NCBI RefSeq assembly: GCF_000181795.1
Contig: NW_003526948.1
Location: 356,530-408,217 of the forward strand
DNA: 51,688 nucleotides
Origin: Trichinella spiralis
Lineage: Eukaryota
Direction of reading: 5' to 3'
Below are positions 1-14,439 of this stretch, in pieces. Below the pieces are notes generated by a model. That model did not search any database, was not told the origin of the DNA, and worked only from the letters and a program-made list of their open reading frames with translations. Within the stretch, counting starts at the first letter, position 1; the number at the start of each line of letters is the position of its first letter. The position numbers were made by a program, and so were the translations under genes.

Positions 1-70
1 TTGCCTTCAGTCAATTTTCCAATCAAAACGCTGACCTACCATCCACGGAGGGCCTCAAACTGAAATGATT
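1..70 (+). repeat. Dispersed repeat copy matching 51621-51688
   Basis: TTGCCTTCAGTCAATTTTCCAATCAAAACGCTGACCTACCATCCACGGAGGGCCTCAAACTGAAATGATT differs from the last 68 nt of the window by 1 substitution and 2 single-base indels. Confidence 0.95.
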
Positions 71-3000
71 TCTATTATGTCAATAAAGCAAACGACCTCG
101 CATGCAAATTTTTATTTTATTCATTTCTGCTGATAAATATGGCTACTGTACATTTTTCATTGATCGGCAAAAAGAAATGCAGGGTTTGGGCGAAATCTGT
201 CCTGTTGTTGTGGAATAATGGGCTTCTAAAGTTTGCACTTTGCCTACGCTAATACATTGTTAAGCGAGCCACTTGTGTTGGGATATTTCGAGAACTGTGC
301 AAGTAGGAACGACGGGAATAAGTTTGTTGTACTTGTTGTTTGGGTAACTTTTTGAATATATTGTTGACTGTTTAGATGTTATCCAAACTTCTCTTGATAA
401 GCTTAACTCTGAAGTGCCCGTTCCTTTCAATCATACTGCTGACGACAATTCCCTGTCTATTGAGAATGCGTAAGGGACATTGAAGTCCATCTTCATATTA
501 GCATCTCGAAGAAATCGTATTGATCTGTTTCTGATACAGATGTGAGAATTAAGTTTAATGCAATGAAGCATTAGTTGGTGTTTAATCCAAAGGCGAAGAA
601 CGTTGTTTTCAGGTTCAAAATTTTTCCCTGTAATGTTCTCCGTTAAAGACTGATAATGGAAAGCCAGTTGCTGTGATCATGAAAGTGGTTCATTTGGCGT
701 TGCACCTTTCTTTAGTTTTGGGATTTTAATGAAAAAACAATAATTATTGATAGTAAATAATAAACATTCATACTAAACAATTTATTATTTTAAAAGTGTA
801 TGTTGAAAAATCTTTTGTTCAAACTTGAAGATCTTTTATAGTGGACTGTATATGTTAATTATAGAATTATCAGTGACAGCGGGTGTGATCAAGAATCGGT
901 TTATTCAGAATAAACAGTAATAACAATAATATAGCGAGAGAAAATCGTTCAGACGGTTCCGTGTTCGTGTATATCCGTGTTTTGTTTTGTGTTGTTCCCT
1001 CCTCCCTCCGCACTCGTATTTATATCTCTTTCTTGACCTCACTCCGCGTCTGGCGACCTAGATTACCGAAGGGTAATTAGAAAATCGGCTTGGTTGCGCA
1101 ATCCCTTAGACTGTGCAGCTTAGCCGGGGTCTGAACAGGCGTGCTGTCAGCCACATTTGACTTTGACGCTATTTCAACAGCTGGCCACCGGAGTTGTGGC
1201 AGATATATGACAGGACGCTGACCTTTTCACCGCTTAATTGCTATTCCATTGTTTTCCATTGAGAAAAACAAGGGGTGCAACTGGCGTTGCGCAATCGTTG
1301 TTTTTATACCAGGAGCAATGCTTTGTTGCCACGGGGATTTTTAGATAGTGATGAGCAGGTATTGAGAAAAGATTTCTCAACAGTGTAATTTGCGTTGTTT
1401 CTAAAATAATAATTTCGTTTAGTTTATAATCAGTTTGTGTACTTCTGAAACAATGATGTCAACAGTTATTATGCTTGTAAGATATATAATGTAATTGTTG
1501 CCCACTGAATCATGGGCTGATCGAGTTGAACGGAAATAAGGACCGTAGCAACTGGTCTTCGAGCTTGAGAAGCTGGCCAATGTTTATAAAGAGTATAGAT
1601 GCAGTCGACAAGATCGTGGAATGGCATGGTTGAGCATACCCACATTAATGAAAAATTTTCTAATAAATCAACAAAAAACAACTTTTAAAAAACAAAACCA
1701 AAAAAATTGAAAAAATGTATGGATTGGATGATATGGATAGTTATGTAATGATGAATTTGCAAAAATTTCATGTTAGAAACTTTGATGCTTTCCGTAGAAG
1801 AAAAAGTAATTTCAAATTTTTAATAAAATGGGTCCCATTTCTGAACCGTTATTATTGAGTAAAATTACTATTAAATAAATTGCGTTAACAAGGAATTTGA
1901 AGTTGTTGGTTGCTGTAACGTTAAAGAAAATCAGGAACAATTGTTATTGCAATATGAAGCTTTCGCTTCTCGGTAAAATTTTAAATTATGTATTAAAAGT
2001 TAATAGACTGGTTTTTCATGTATATCTTTTTTTAATTTTACATTTTATTTTGCTATCTTTCATGGCTGTTGAAATTCCATTTTGTTCGCTTTTTATTCGA
2101 CAATGTTTCGAAAAATTTGCCACTTTGAAGGTTGGAAAAGTTTGAATTTTTTTTCTCAATCGATTGGAAACCTTGTCCGATTTTTGTTTATTATTCTATT
2201 TGATGCCTGAATTGAAAAGATTAATATGTTCAAATATTTTGGATTATTCCTCTTGCATTATTAGCATGAGTAAAAGCAGCTGCAAAATGTTATCGAATGC
2301 AAATGGCAAACTTTGACGGCATTGTATTGGTTTCATATTTGCAACAGCTGCTTCGTGGCAAATATTATTCTTCGGATATTTCTGACTTAATTATCTTAAT
2401 TATAAAAGTTAATTTTGTTCAATATTTCTTTGAAAATGAAATATATTAGTCTCCTATTCTCTTTTTTCTTATAAATATGCAATGATTAAAATTTCCCTTA
2501 CAATATAAGAATTAATTTTGTTGTAATTTGAAAATTTATTTACAATGCTTAAAATAAAACTTATATATACAAATTATGTTCGCGTTGCTCAATTTCAACT
2601 TTCAAGCGGCTTATATTTCACACACATGCCAAGCACATGATTTGACAGTTATAGCTCTTACCTTTGTTATTTACATCAGTTGTATCTTGTTACGCTCGAA
2701 TATTTCAGTAAATCCGAATCTTAAAATGAAGAAATTTAACTGCATCTGTTTCGACAGTGCTTATATTATAGTTTGGCTAAATAATAATAAAAACTGCAAA
2801 ACACAGTACTGCTTGTTCATCAACCTGTACGTAAATTATTGGTGGAAAGTATTATTTCCAAATCTTACATAATTATATTTATAAATCAGTGCTTGGCTAG
2901 GAAAGTTCTATTTTTCAATAAAATCAACATATCTAGATGCGAAAAGCTATTTTATCTTCATTTAAAATAATAATAAAAGACAATAACTGATAAGGGACAA

Positions 3001-3583
3001 CTGTAATTTCTATCAGTTTATATGTGAATTTCATATGATTATACCACCCGATTCGAAAATATAGCCTTCACAATGTACACGAACAATTTAATGTTAGATT
3101 TTGAAAAATATTCTGAAACTTCTGACAAAGAAAATCAATAAACACAGCAAGTCTAGAAGTTGCTTCAGAATATTACACCATGGATCAATTTGTTCACGTT
3201 ATTACGATTCAAATTACCTAGACATATGAAAATGTTGCGCCCGCATCTCAACTGCCAATAAAACTTGTTTTGATTATTAATATTGCGTCGCAATATTCAA
3301 AATAATAATGAGTATCAAACATACGCAAAACAATAAATATTTTGCATAGTGATGCCGACCGTTGTTTACTGAATGCGCTCGATTTTCAAAAACTATAGTA
3401 AACACATTCTATTCTAAAAGGGAAAAAAATAAATAGAAAACTGCTGCTGTCACGAACTAGAATAAATGAAAAAGAAACAAGCATATATACATATGTATAT
3501 GCTTGCAAAAAACTAACTACGAATAATGCGATTTATCCAACCAAGTAAATCTAAAATAAGTTCATCATATCGCCTATTGCATT

Positions 3584-5692
<2,109 letters not shown>

Positions 5693-6780
5693 TTACGTGT
5701 AGTTACTATAGCTGTTATTTATCAGATTTTCAGGTACATAATTTGCAGCTACACAAAGAATTCTGAACTATTGAAAAACTCATTATTATTTTAATGATTG
5801 TCATATATAAATGTAAAATGTAATAAATATAAAATTTAAATTTTTTAAGAGAAATCCAGCAATTATTTACGATTCAAAATGCATGAATGTAGTTTGCCGT
5901 AGTGCTTATTTATTATTCGATGAAATATTAAAACATTTACTGCATGAATTTTAAAATTTAAAAAAACTTTAGAATTAATAAATGTAGCTAATTAAGTGCA
6001 AAATTATTTTTTTAAATCTGCACTATCGAACACTTTAGTTATTTTACAAGAAATTGAATAAACAAAGTCAGATTAAAAATCATAAATACAATAATTCATG
6101 TTTATTTTTTAATTTTACTTAGATTGATATATTTTTATTAATTACTGCATAAAGTGCTAATATTTTTAAGAAGTAAAAAAATTTTCCAACTGTAAATTCA
6201 TACTATTATTTACTGTAGTAATCTTATGGATACTGTAGAAAAGAATTTTAGAATTCTTTCGTAAAAAATGAATAAATATGAAAAATAAAATGACCATAAT
6301 TTATTTATGTATAAAATTTGATTTTCAAACAAAATTTCATTAAATAAGAGTTGTCTCAAAATAACGGATATTTTGATAAGCAGTCTTTACGCTTGATAAA
6401 AATAGCTAATTAATGATTTTTTGCATCACTTTGATAAAAGAAAAGCATTATCCACAGAAAAAAAATATTTTTATGTACGATGATATCTTGTTGCAATTTA
6501 ATATACTTGAACAAACTGTAGCTTACACTGTAACAATAAAAATAGTCATTTTTTGTTAGATTTCTTTTTGACATGTCTCTTTTTAATTTTATTTTATTTA
6601 TATAAAATTATGAGAACTTTTTTTTCTAATATTTGTGAAAATTAACCTTCTGTTACCAAATGCTTTATCTGCTATTTACATTTTGTAATCGGTTAAGCAG
6701 TTGCCTGTTCTTGATATTTTATGGTTTTGTGGATTTTTTCAACGATCTCTTTTTTAGATAACATAGAAGAAATTTGAATC

Positions 6781-9360
6781 ATGACAATAATTTTATTTTT
6801 GGTTGACAACAGCGTTTCAATGAATCAAGTATCCTATCAGAGAATTTCTTTCTTGGGTTATGCTCAACATGCGATCGAAACTATTTTGAAATATCGTTCT
6901 CGCGACCCCAATGCTCGTGGATTTGACCGCTATATGTTGTTGACGTTTGATCGTCCACCGAAAAATATCAAAGCAGGTTGGAAAGAAAGCCAAACAGTTT
7001 TCATGGAAGAGTTAAGAAATCTCAAAGCTGAAAATTCTTCTTCTATTACCGCTCCACTTTCTAGCGCTTTTCATCTGTTGAATGTGAATCGTCTGCAAAG
7101 TGGAATTGACAATTTTGGATATGGTCGATATCCACAGTGGTTGGAACAAGCGTTTGTTATTTTATTTACTGACGGACATTCATTCGTCGATGATGATGGA
7201 ACGTTGTTCGATATTGACAAAATTCGTTTGTCCTCTTATGGAAGTGAATTATACTATGATGCATATCGCTGGGATCAACGGATTTATGCTGTCGTACTGC
7301 GCATTCCTGGAATTTTGCCAAGAAAGCAATACATGGGTGGTCCAGTTCCTCCATGTCATGGTCCAATTGAAGCAATATGCGAACGGACTGGCGGTCGATC
7401 GTATTGCATCACGGATCACAAAATGATCAATCCATGCATTGAATCGTTGATGATGAAAATGCATACAGGCGTTGTGATGAGTTTTGAGAGATATGAAGTG
7501 ATGCCAACACGTTTTGAAATGCCCAAAAGTTCTGGAAGCGCGCTCATGGCTTTAATAGCGTCTGAACCGGGAACAGTTATTCGCAGTCCAGATTCCTGTC
7601 CAGCAAGTCCATTGTTTACTCCTGATCCAATTTGGCATAAAACCAAAGGAATGATTTATGTACCTCGATTACCTAATAGAGGCTATATGGCAAGTCACTG
7701 GCCTATACCCGAAGCATTTTGGCCTGATTCAACAATGACTTATTTGCCACCACGTACTGCGCATCCTATGATCAGATTTCAGTGCTATCAGTATATGCCT
7801 ATGCTTTTAGAAGAGTTTCCGTTTGACAAATACGAATTAGAACCGACAGCACTTACCAAGCACATGCTTGAAGTAACAACGCCAGCAATTTGTTGGTATG
7901 CATTTGTTATGAATAGTTCAAAAACAAATGACATAGGTGCACCTTTTGGTTATTTGAAAGTGTCCAGCTCAATGAATTGCGTAAATCTGTACGTTTTGCC
8001 ATATGACTTCCCTTCTTTGTTTCCTTTAATCGAAGAAGCACGACGCAATCCTCCCGCTATTATGACTCAAAATTGGCGTTGCCATTTTGATAACTATTTA
8101 CGAAATATACCTGCTTATTACTTTTTACCGTTGAAAAAGGCTTTGCTGCGTATCAGTGTACTTCGTCCAGTCTGTGAAATGTTTTTCGAAAATTGGCTTC
8201 CGCCGAATATTAATGTCTACTTGAGCAAAATTAAGACTTATGCTAAAGAAGAATACATAGCACTGTGTCAACAGGTGGGTCAAAAAATGATCACCGAAGA
8301 TTATGTTGCAGTTATTAATAATAATTTTCAAAGACCTGTTTATTTGCATCCAACATTGGACAATGTTACAGAGAGATATTTAGAACCACCGATTTTGCTT
8401 CAATCCTTAACAGAAACCAAGCCTGCACAGTTAACAGCTGAACAGGTGCTACGTTATCCGGACAGGCTGACAAGGGATAATCTCCTAGAAGGAGTAGTTT
8501 TGCTTTTCGACCTTATATCTGAAAATATGGATTTTGGTGAGAACAGCAGCATGCAACCCTTGAATGAAAGCTTCATGCTGGATAATCAGCATACGGTACC
8601 GGTGATGATGATGGGCAATTATCAAGAATATTTAAAGCGCATGCCTCCGCCATTGAGGGAAGTGGAGCCAACTCCTCCTAGACTGCATGCTTTTGGAAAT
8701 CCATTCAAAGTGGACAAACGGATCAGCGTTGACGAAGCGGATATTAGCGCCAATCCACAGACTGGCGATCGTTTTTTCAGACGTGACGCAGAAATTAGAG
8801 AAAAAGGTCCACTGTCGAAAACGTATCGTTGGATACCTCGAGGTGGGCCAGTTACATTGCCTTTCGGAAAGCACGAATGCAGTGGCTGTTCCACATTGAT
8901 TAATACAATTGGATTTTGCACCAGTTGTCAGATAAAGCAAGCGGCAAAATTGAAGCCAGAAACAGAAGTTGTTATTTCCGAAATTGTCGAAGAAGAAAGA
9001 AAAGAAGAACAAGTGGAAGAAGATGATGATGAGGAGGACGATGACGAAGAAGACGACAAAGAAGAAGAAGAACAGTTTGTTTCACCCTCATCACAAGCAA
9101 AGCGTAAAGCTACATCTCATGTTTTTTATGATTTTACAGAAAAACAAAACCTGGCAGTGGATAATACTTTTTTTCAAATAAACGAGCGTTTGCGATTGAT
9201 CGTTCGAGAACCTGTCAGGGATTTTCAAAGATTGTTAGATTTTTTGAATAATCAAGAGCCAGACGTACTAAAAAAGCTTATTCGAAACGCTTTGGAAGAA
9301 GCGAGAAGGTTGAAAATGAAAGAATTATATGAATTTTTGATAGAACAGTTCTTAACATGA
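6781..9360 (+). CDS. INTS6: Integrator complex subunit 6 (DICE1/DDX26-like), single-exon, 859 aa
   Basis: N-terminal VWA domain (ILFLVDNSVSMNQ, DRYMLLTF, KAGWKE, NRLQSGIDNFGYGR, YRWDQR) followed by HWPIPEAFWPD, PFDKYELEP, PFGYLK, MGNYQEYLK and RLHAFGNPFK, all typical INTS6 motifs. The ORF is uninterrupted. Confidence 0.95.
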   Translation: MTIILFLVDNSVSMNQVSYQRISFLGYAQHAIETILKYRSRDPNARGFDRYMLLTFDRPPKNIKAGWKESQTVFMEELRNLKAENSSSITAPLSSAFHLLNVNRLQSGIDNFGYGRYPQWLEQAFVILFTDGHSFVDDDGTLFDIDKIRLSSYGSELYYDAYRWDQRIYAVVLRIPGILPRKQYMGGPVPPCHGPIEAICERTGGRSYCITDHKMINPCIESLMMKMHTGVVMSFERYEVMPTRFEMPKSSGSALMALIASEPGTVIRSPDSCPASPLFTPDPIWHKTKGMIYVPRLPNRGYMASHWPIPEAFWPDSTMTYLPPRTAHPMIRFQCYQYMPMLLEEFPFDKYELEPTALTKHMLEVTTPAICWYAFVMNSSKTNDIGAPFGYLKVSSSMNCVNLYVLPYDFPSLFPLIEEARRNPPAIMTQNWRCHFDNYLRNIPAYYFLPLKKALLRISVLRPVCEMFFENWLPPNINVYLSKIKTYAKEEYIALCQQVGQKMITEDYVAVINNNFQRPVYLHPTLDNVTERYLEPPILLQSLTETKPAQLTAEQVLRYPDRLTRDNLLEGVVLLFDLISENMDFGENSSMQPLNESFMLDNQHTVPVMMMGNYQEYLKRMPPPLREVEPTPPRLHAFGNPFKVDKRISVDEADISANPQTGDRFFRRDAEIREKGPLSKTYRWIPRGGPVTLPFGKHECSGCSTLINTIGFCTSCQIKQAAKLKPETEVVISEIVEEERKEEQVEEDDDEEDDDEEDDKEEEEQFVSPSSQAKRKATSHVFYDFTEKQNLAVDNTFFQINERLRLIVREPVRDFQRLLDFLNNQEPDVLKKLIRNALEEARRLKMKELYEFLIEQFLT

Positions 9361-10375
9361 TCAGTGTTTGTTGTTGTTATTTAGAAATACACTATTCAAC
9401 AATAAACTTCATATATTTTCTTTTTTATCATGTGAATTGCTGCTGTTTATCAGTTGTTGAACGAATGGATATTCGTGTTTTGTTTGTTTATTGTTTTTTT
9501 AGATAAGCATTTTAAATTTATTTATTAGTTGTAATTTAAAGTTTTCAAATTACATTCATCTCAGTGACCATGCTACTTAGTTATGTTGTTTTCATTTCAT
9601 GAAGATAACTGATACCTAAACGAACTGCAAATGCCGGCGATACTGTATTTTAAACATGCCTCAATTTTGTAGATATTACAGCGGAAGATGTGTGTAAAAT
9701 ATTCTTGTTTGTTGAGGCAGTCTATAACCGTTCGCAGTCGTCAGCATGCTGTTGTTTGCTGACCACACTTTTGCACTGCAAACTTTGGCGGTTCAGCATT
9801 TACCTCATAATTTTTGCTAGTACACAGCCACAGTTTAAGACCAATCTTCGCAGTGGAAATGCAAGCACGATGAATCGAGGCTTAACGTAAATGAAGAAAG
9901 CCTGAAAGCAGAGAGAAACCGGTGGGAATGGGGCAATGATGCTCAGTTACACCGGAAGACAGAACAAGAAACAACACACACAGTTTTATTCATATGCTTG
10001 GCAATTGATATTTGAAATTAATCCACAATTTCATGACGATTCTCTAAAAGCGTACAATTTTCAAAATAAGCTACTTTTTAGGAACAATTAATTTTACGCT
10101 TACGTGAAATTGTGAGTTCATTTTCAACAAGCTTCTAAATTTAATCAAGACAGTTAGTTAGTTGTGTTTATTGATAAAAGAGGCAATTTCAGTCTATATA
10201 AGTAGCGCAAGCAGCGAATAGTGTTTGAAACTAGCTTTAAAAAAAGGGGTAGATGTAATAAATTTATGAAGCATAATGCATAGAAAATTTTTTTACTACA
10301 TTTAAATTTCCGGACTTTAGAAACTACTGCTGCATGCTGGGGCAAGGCATTCATCATTCGTGTACTTGACGAAAA

Positions 10376-13300
10376 CTAATTGAAAAAGGGTACGTTTGAA
10401 AAGAATTCTTGAACAGGGCGACCAATTGCCAATGAATCAATAAATGGGAAATTGATGAAATTGTACGCCCTAGCTGGATACAATGGACTTTGCAGGATGT
10501 GAACAACTCCATTATCAGAAACAGCAGCGTCGCACTGTTTCATTCCTGAATTTCCAAAATGACTACAGTGTCCTGAAAATCCTTTCGACTGATACACCAA
10601 ACCGTCCATTGCTCTGAAAGAATTTCCAAACAACGTATTTTCGCAAAGTTTATAGCAGCAGAGCGAAACTGAAAAATAATAAACTTTGTTTTCCCTTTCC
10701 AAACAAAAACAATTAGCATTGACAAGTATCATACCTGGAATAATGTGTCGCTTCATTAATAATTCTACATCGCTTTTATTAGCTAACAAATTTTCCTTAT
10801 CGGTATCTTTATAAATATTGTCAAATGCATCATCTTCGAAAGCAAGTACGGTGGCAGAAAACTCTGGGTCGCTGAGACTTTTGTCTAATCCTGAAGTTTC
10901 CATCAACATCACAAACTGCTTCACATTATCCATACCACGCAGTACATCCATCAAAGTTTTTCCATATTTAGGCAAAGGCTAAAAACACAGATCAAAACAA
11001 ACAACAATTTTTATACAATATTTGTTTTACAAATGATAAATTTACCTCAGACAGTTTATGCAAAACGGCATTGCAACTGGGAATGTTTGACTTTTCCACA
11101 GCAACGCAATTGACATACTTCTTTTGCTTCGATTCAAAAATTAGAGAATATGCCATATTTTTCATTTCCCGCGAGAATTTCAGATTTTGCTTAGCCAAGG
11201 ATGATAACTGTTTTGATGGTTCTTCGAAATTATATTTTTCACCAATGACAACATAACGTGATATTTCGTTTTGTAAGGAGTTGGCTTCCATGTTTCCAAT
11301 TTCCTATAAAATTAGAATTCGATCAATTACAAATAATATTTTCATCATTCAAGTATAGCATACTGTAACAGCAGAGGTTGGTGGCAAAAGTACTGTTGCA
11401 GATTCGGTGGAAAGTATTTTTGTAATGCCTGACTTTTCGAAAAGAGATGCCATTTCTTCAGAAATGGATTCTTGTATAGCTGAATACAATGTCCTTGCTG
11501 CAATAAAAGTTGATTAATAAAAAAAACAAATATTTTTAGATTCAATTAATAAGATAAGATAAAATGACGATTTTTTCAAATTACAATTATCAAACTGCAC
11601 AAAATGAGAGTAAATATAAGGTGATCAAATGTGCTTCGAAAATAAATTATTTCCTTGTTACACGTCAGCAAAGCAAATAAATAAATACCTTTCTGGGGAA
11701 TATAAACTTCCGTTATAGTATGCAAAATGCCGTTAAGACCAACACGACCTTCTCCAGTGAGATTTAGATTTTCAATTATAGAATCCTCATTCCTTTTATG
11801 AGAAAGAAAGAATATGTCAAGAATGTTCAAATCATGGGAAAGCATATTTTTGCACATCATCTTCTCCATTATATAATAATGCATAAAATCTAAACGTATG
11901 CTGCAGTAGAAAATAAAATTTCACTGTCAATAAGATATGTTTACCGGCAAAGCAGCTTCGTTTGCTTCTGATGTCACTCTGAACTTGCTGGGGAAGTTTT
12001 TGAAAAGCTTCATCATTAAAAGCAAACACAGTCAATGTCAAGTCTTTGTTGTTTAGCATTTCTTTTGTCGAATCATTCATCACTGAAATGTATTTTATTA
12101 GAAAAATTGTTTCATAATGAACAGAATTCTTTTTACATCAAAAGCAAATGTAATAAATTGAAATATAATATTCCCAAAATTACATAAAGCATACTTACAT
12201 GAAAGGAAAATGGAAAATTCTGGATTGGAATTCAACATTTCCCAAATAGTTTCAGTTGCAGGAAACAATGGCTTATTCACCACATGCAGAACGCCGTTTT
12301 TGAATTGAACATTAGCATTCTTAATTTCTGCACAATTTACAGATAATGCCTGAAGTGAAAAAAGCATATTAAACCTACATACCTGCTGCTCACGTAATAT
12401 GAATAATCTCGCATATTACATACCGCATTATTTTTATTAACGCTGACAGTCAATTTTCCACCAGTTCTCAAAGTTTGCAGTTCATTTCCATCTTTCAAAT
12501 TGAAACTATAATGAAATCCAGGAGAGATGTACCCAAGGAGAATGTCTTTAACAGGGCGCATTGTATCTCCTGTTTCAAATACAATAACTTGGGCAATTTC
12601 ACTTCCATCAGAAGATGACTGTGAAAACGCTTCATTTGTTGGTGCGAACAATGTAATATTTCGCTTATCCAGTTGTGTCAGCAATCCAGATTTCTCCAAC
12701 GATTCTTCCAGCAATGTTAAATTCAAATTTTTCAGAGTTGTGGCCAAATCTTCCAGTTCCAATTCTAAGAAATTGTTTAATCATCAAATGCATGTTTGTT
12801 TGGAAATAGTATAAAAAACAGTGAAAGTGTTCTTTGATTACAGCAACCCAAAATTATTCTTATAGTTAAACAAAAATTATACCAACTTTAAAAATGTGCC
12901 CATTTTAAGACAGAAAATTAGATTAACAATTGCTGGAAGTGACATTTTTGCACTGGTTTTGCTGGTTATAGCTTGGATTAGAATCTTCTTCAAACAAGGG
13001 CACTATGAAGAGTTAACACAATCGAAATATTATTTGCTGTGAGCAAACTGATAAATCGTTTTGCATTATTTGATGAATCGAGTCAACATTTGACCGAAGC
13101 GAAGCTTTGGATTATTCAAGCCGCAAGCGTGGCACTTGATCACACACTTCAATGAATTGCTTTCAGTTGTTCCACTAAGTGAAATGGCAACAGTAGTGAA
13201 AATTCAGTTATAGCAAACAGCGCAAAATGAATTTTGAATAAAATTCTCAAGATGATGCAATTGAAATTTCAAAAACTGCCTTGCTAGCTAACTTGTGCAC

Positions 13301-14439
13301 AACTGGATAAGTGATGACTTTGTGCTCGTTGTTAAATAATAAAAAAGAGAATGAAAAGCCGTTTTTCTTTCATTGTTGAACATGTGTGCACGAACCAAGC
13401 TAAAGCATGATCAGCATTGAGTGCATTACGCTAAATGTAAATAGCAGAGAAAATTTACATATCAATAAATATGCTGAAGTCACGCAGGACGTCACGCTTC
13501 ATTATTCGATTACGGTCAACGTGAACAAGCAAAAAATAGTGAACTTAACTGATTGCTTTTCAGTTATGAGCAATATCAATTATCATTGTTCAACATCAGC
13601 AACGAGCAGCAAGTGTTGCAATTATTTTTACAGAAACGTCAGTTGATTGGTTTTCAAAAAAGATACCAAATGGGAATTTTATTTATAAAATTGAAAAGAT
13701 ATAAATATGTCATGAAAAGCACTTGGTTCGATCGTTTTGAAAAAGTGGAAGAAAAATTTGCCAAATGTCAAGAAAGCACAGCTATAATCGATCAATTCGC
13801 TTTTCGAAAAGTTGCTGTCAAATGGTGAAATGCGAACAAATGCGTGCGTATGCGAATGCGTTTGCCTATGCCTATGCCTGTCCCAATCCCAAGCCCTGCG
13901 GACATTGTTGACAGAAATAAATCATGAAGGCAAATCAAATATGCAAATATCCAAATTATTGTTCGCTCAGTAATTTCTTTTTTTTTCTTTTAAATCAAAC
14001 AACTTACCCACTAAGCAACCTTTTTTGAAATTTCTAGCAAAGCCGTGACAACACTGGTATGTTGTAGTGTTGATAATTTCTTTGCCATTGATTATTTTAC
14101 TGCTTTCACAACTGTGCACGTTGTACGTAGAAATGCAAGTCGATGTGATCGATGGATGAAAATTTGTTTCATTCGTTGCGGGCTTTTCTTTGACAGACTC
14201 TTCTTTGCATACATTCGGTCTGAATAAATAATATTAAATGAAACCAATAAAATAAATAAATATATATATATATATATATATATAGTTTTTTTAAATTTTG
14301 TATCAATTTACCCAGTCCACCAGGAATTGAATTCAAACCAATATTCACGATCTGAACATCCGAACAAGCATGTGCCGTTGCACGATGCAAAAAGAAGAGA
14401 GAATAGAAGCAGAGCAGTCACCTTGAACTCGGTGCCCAT
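10376..14439 (-). CDS. Secreted fasciclin-domain protein (periostin/TGFBI/midline-fasciclin-like; signal peptide, EMI, FAS1 repeats)
   Basis: Exon 14312-14439 encodes the signal peptide MGTEFKVTALLLFSLLFASCNG. Exon 14008-14219 encodes GPNVC...YQCCHGF...KGC (EMI-like) and splices in phase to 12764. Downstream exons carry FAS1 motifs TLFAPTNEAF, NGVLHVVNKPL, TVFAFNDEAF, NGILHTI, NAVLHKLSEV, TVLAFEDDAF and NGVVHILQSPL. Internal exon boundaries are approximate. Confidence 0.88.

Noticed and set aside
7100..9181. Overlapping and antisense ORFs within INTS6
   Set aside because: Shadow frames of a real CDS with no independent coding signal.
12877..12945. Possible alternative first exon of the fasciclin gene (MSLPAIVNLIFCL...)
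   Set aside because: Its donor is phase 0, but the next exon requires phase 1.
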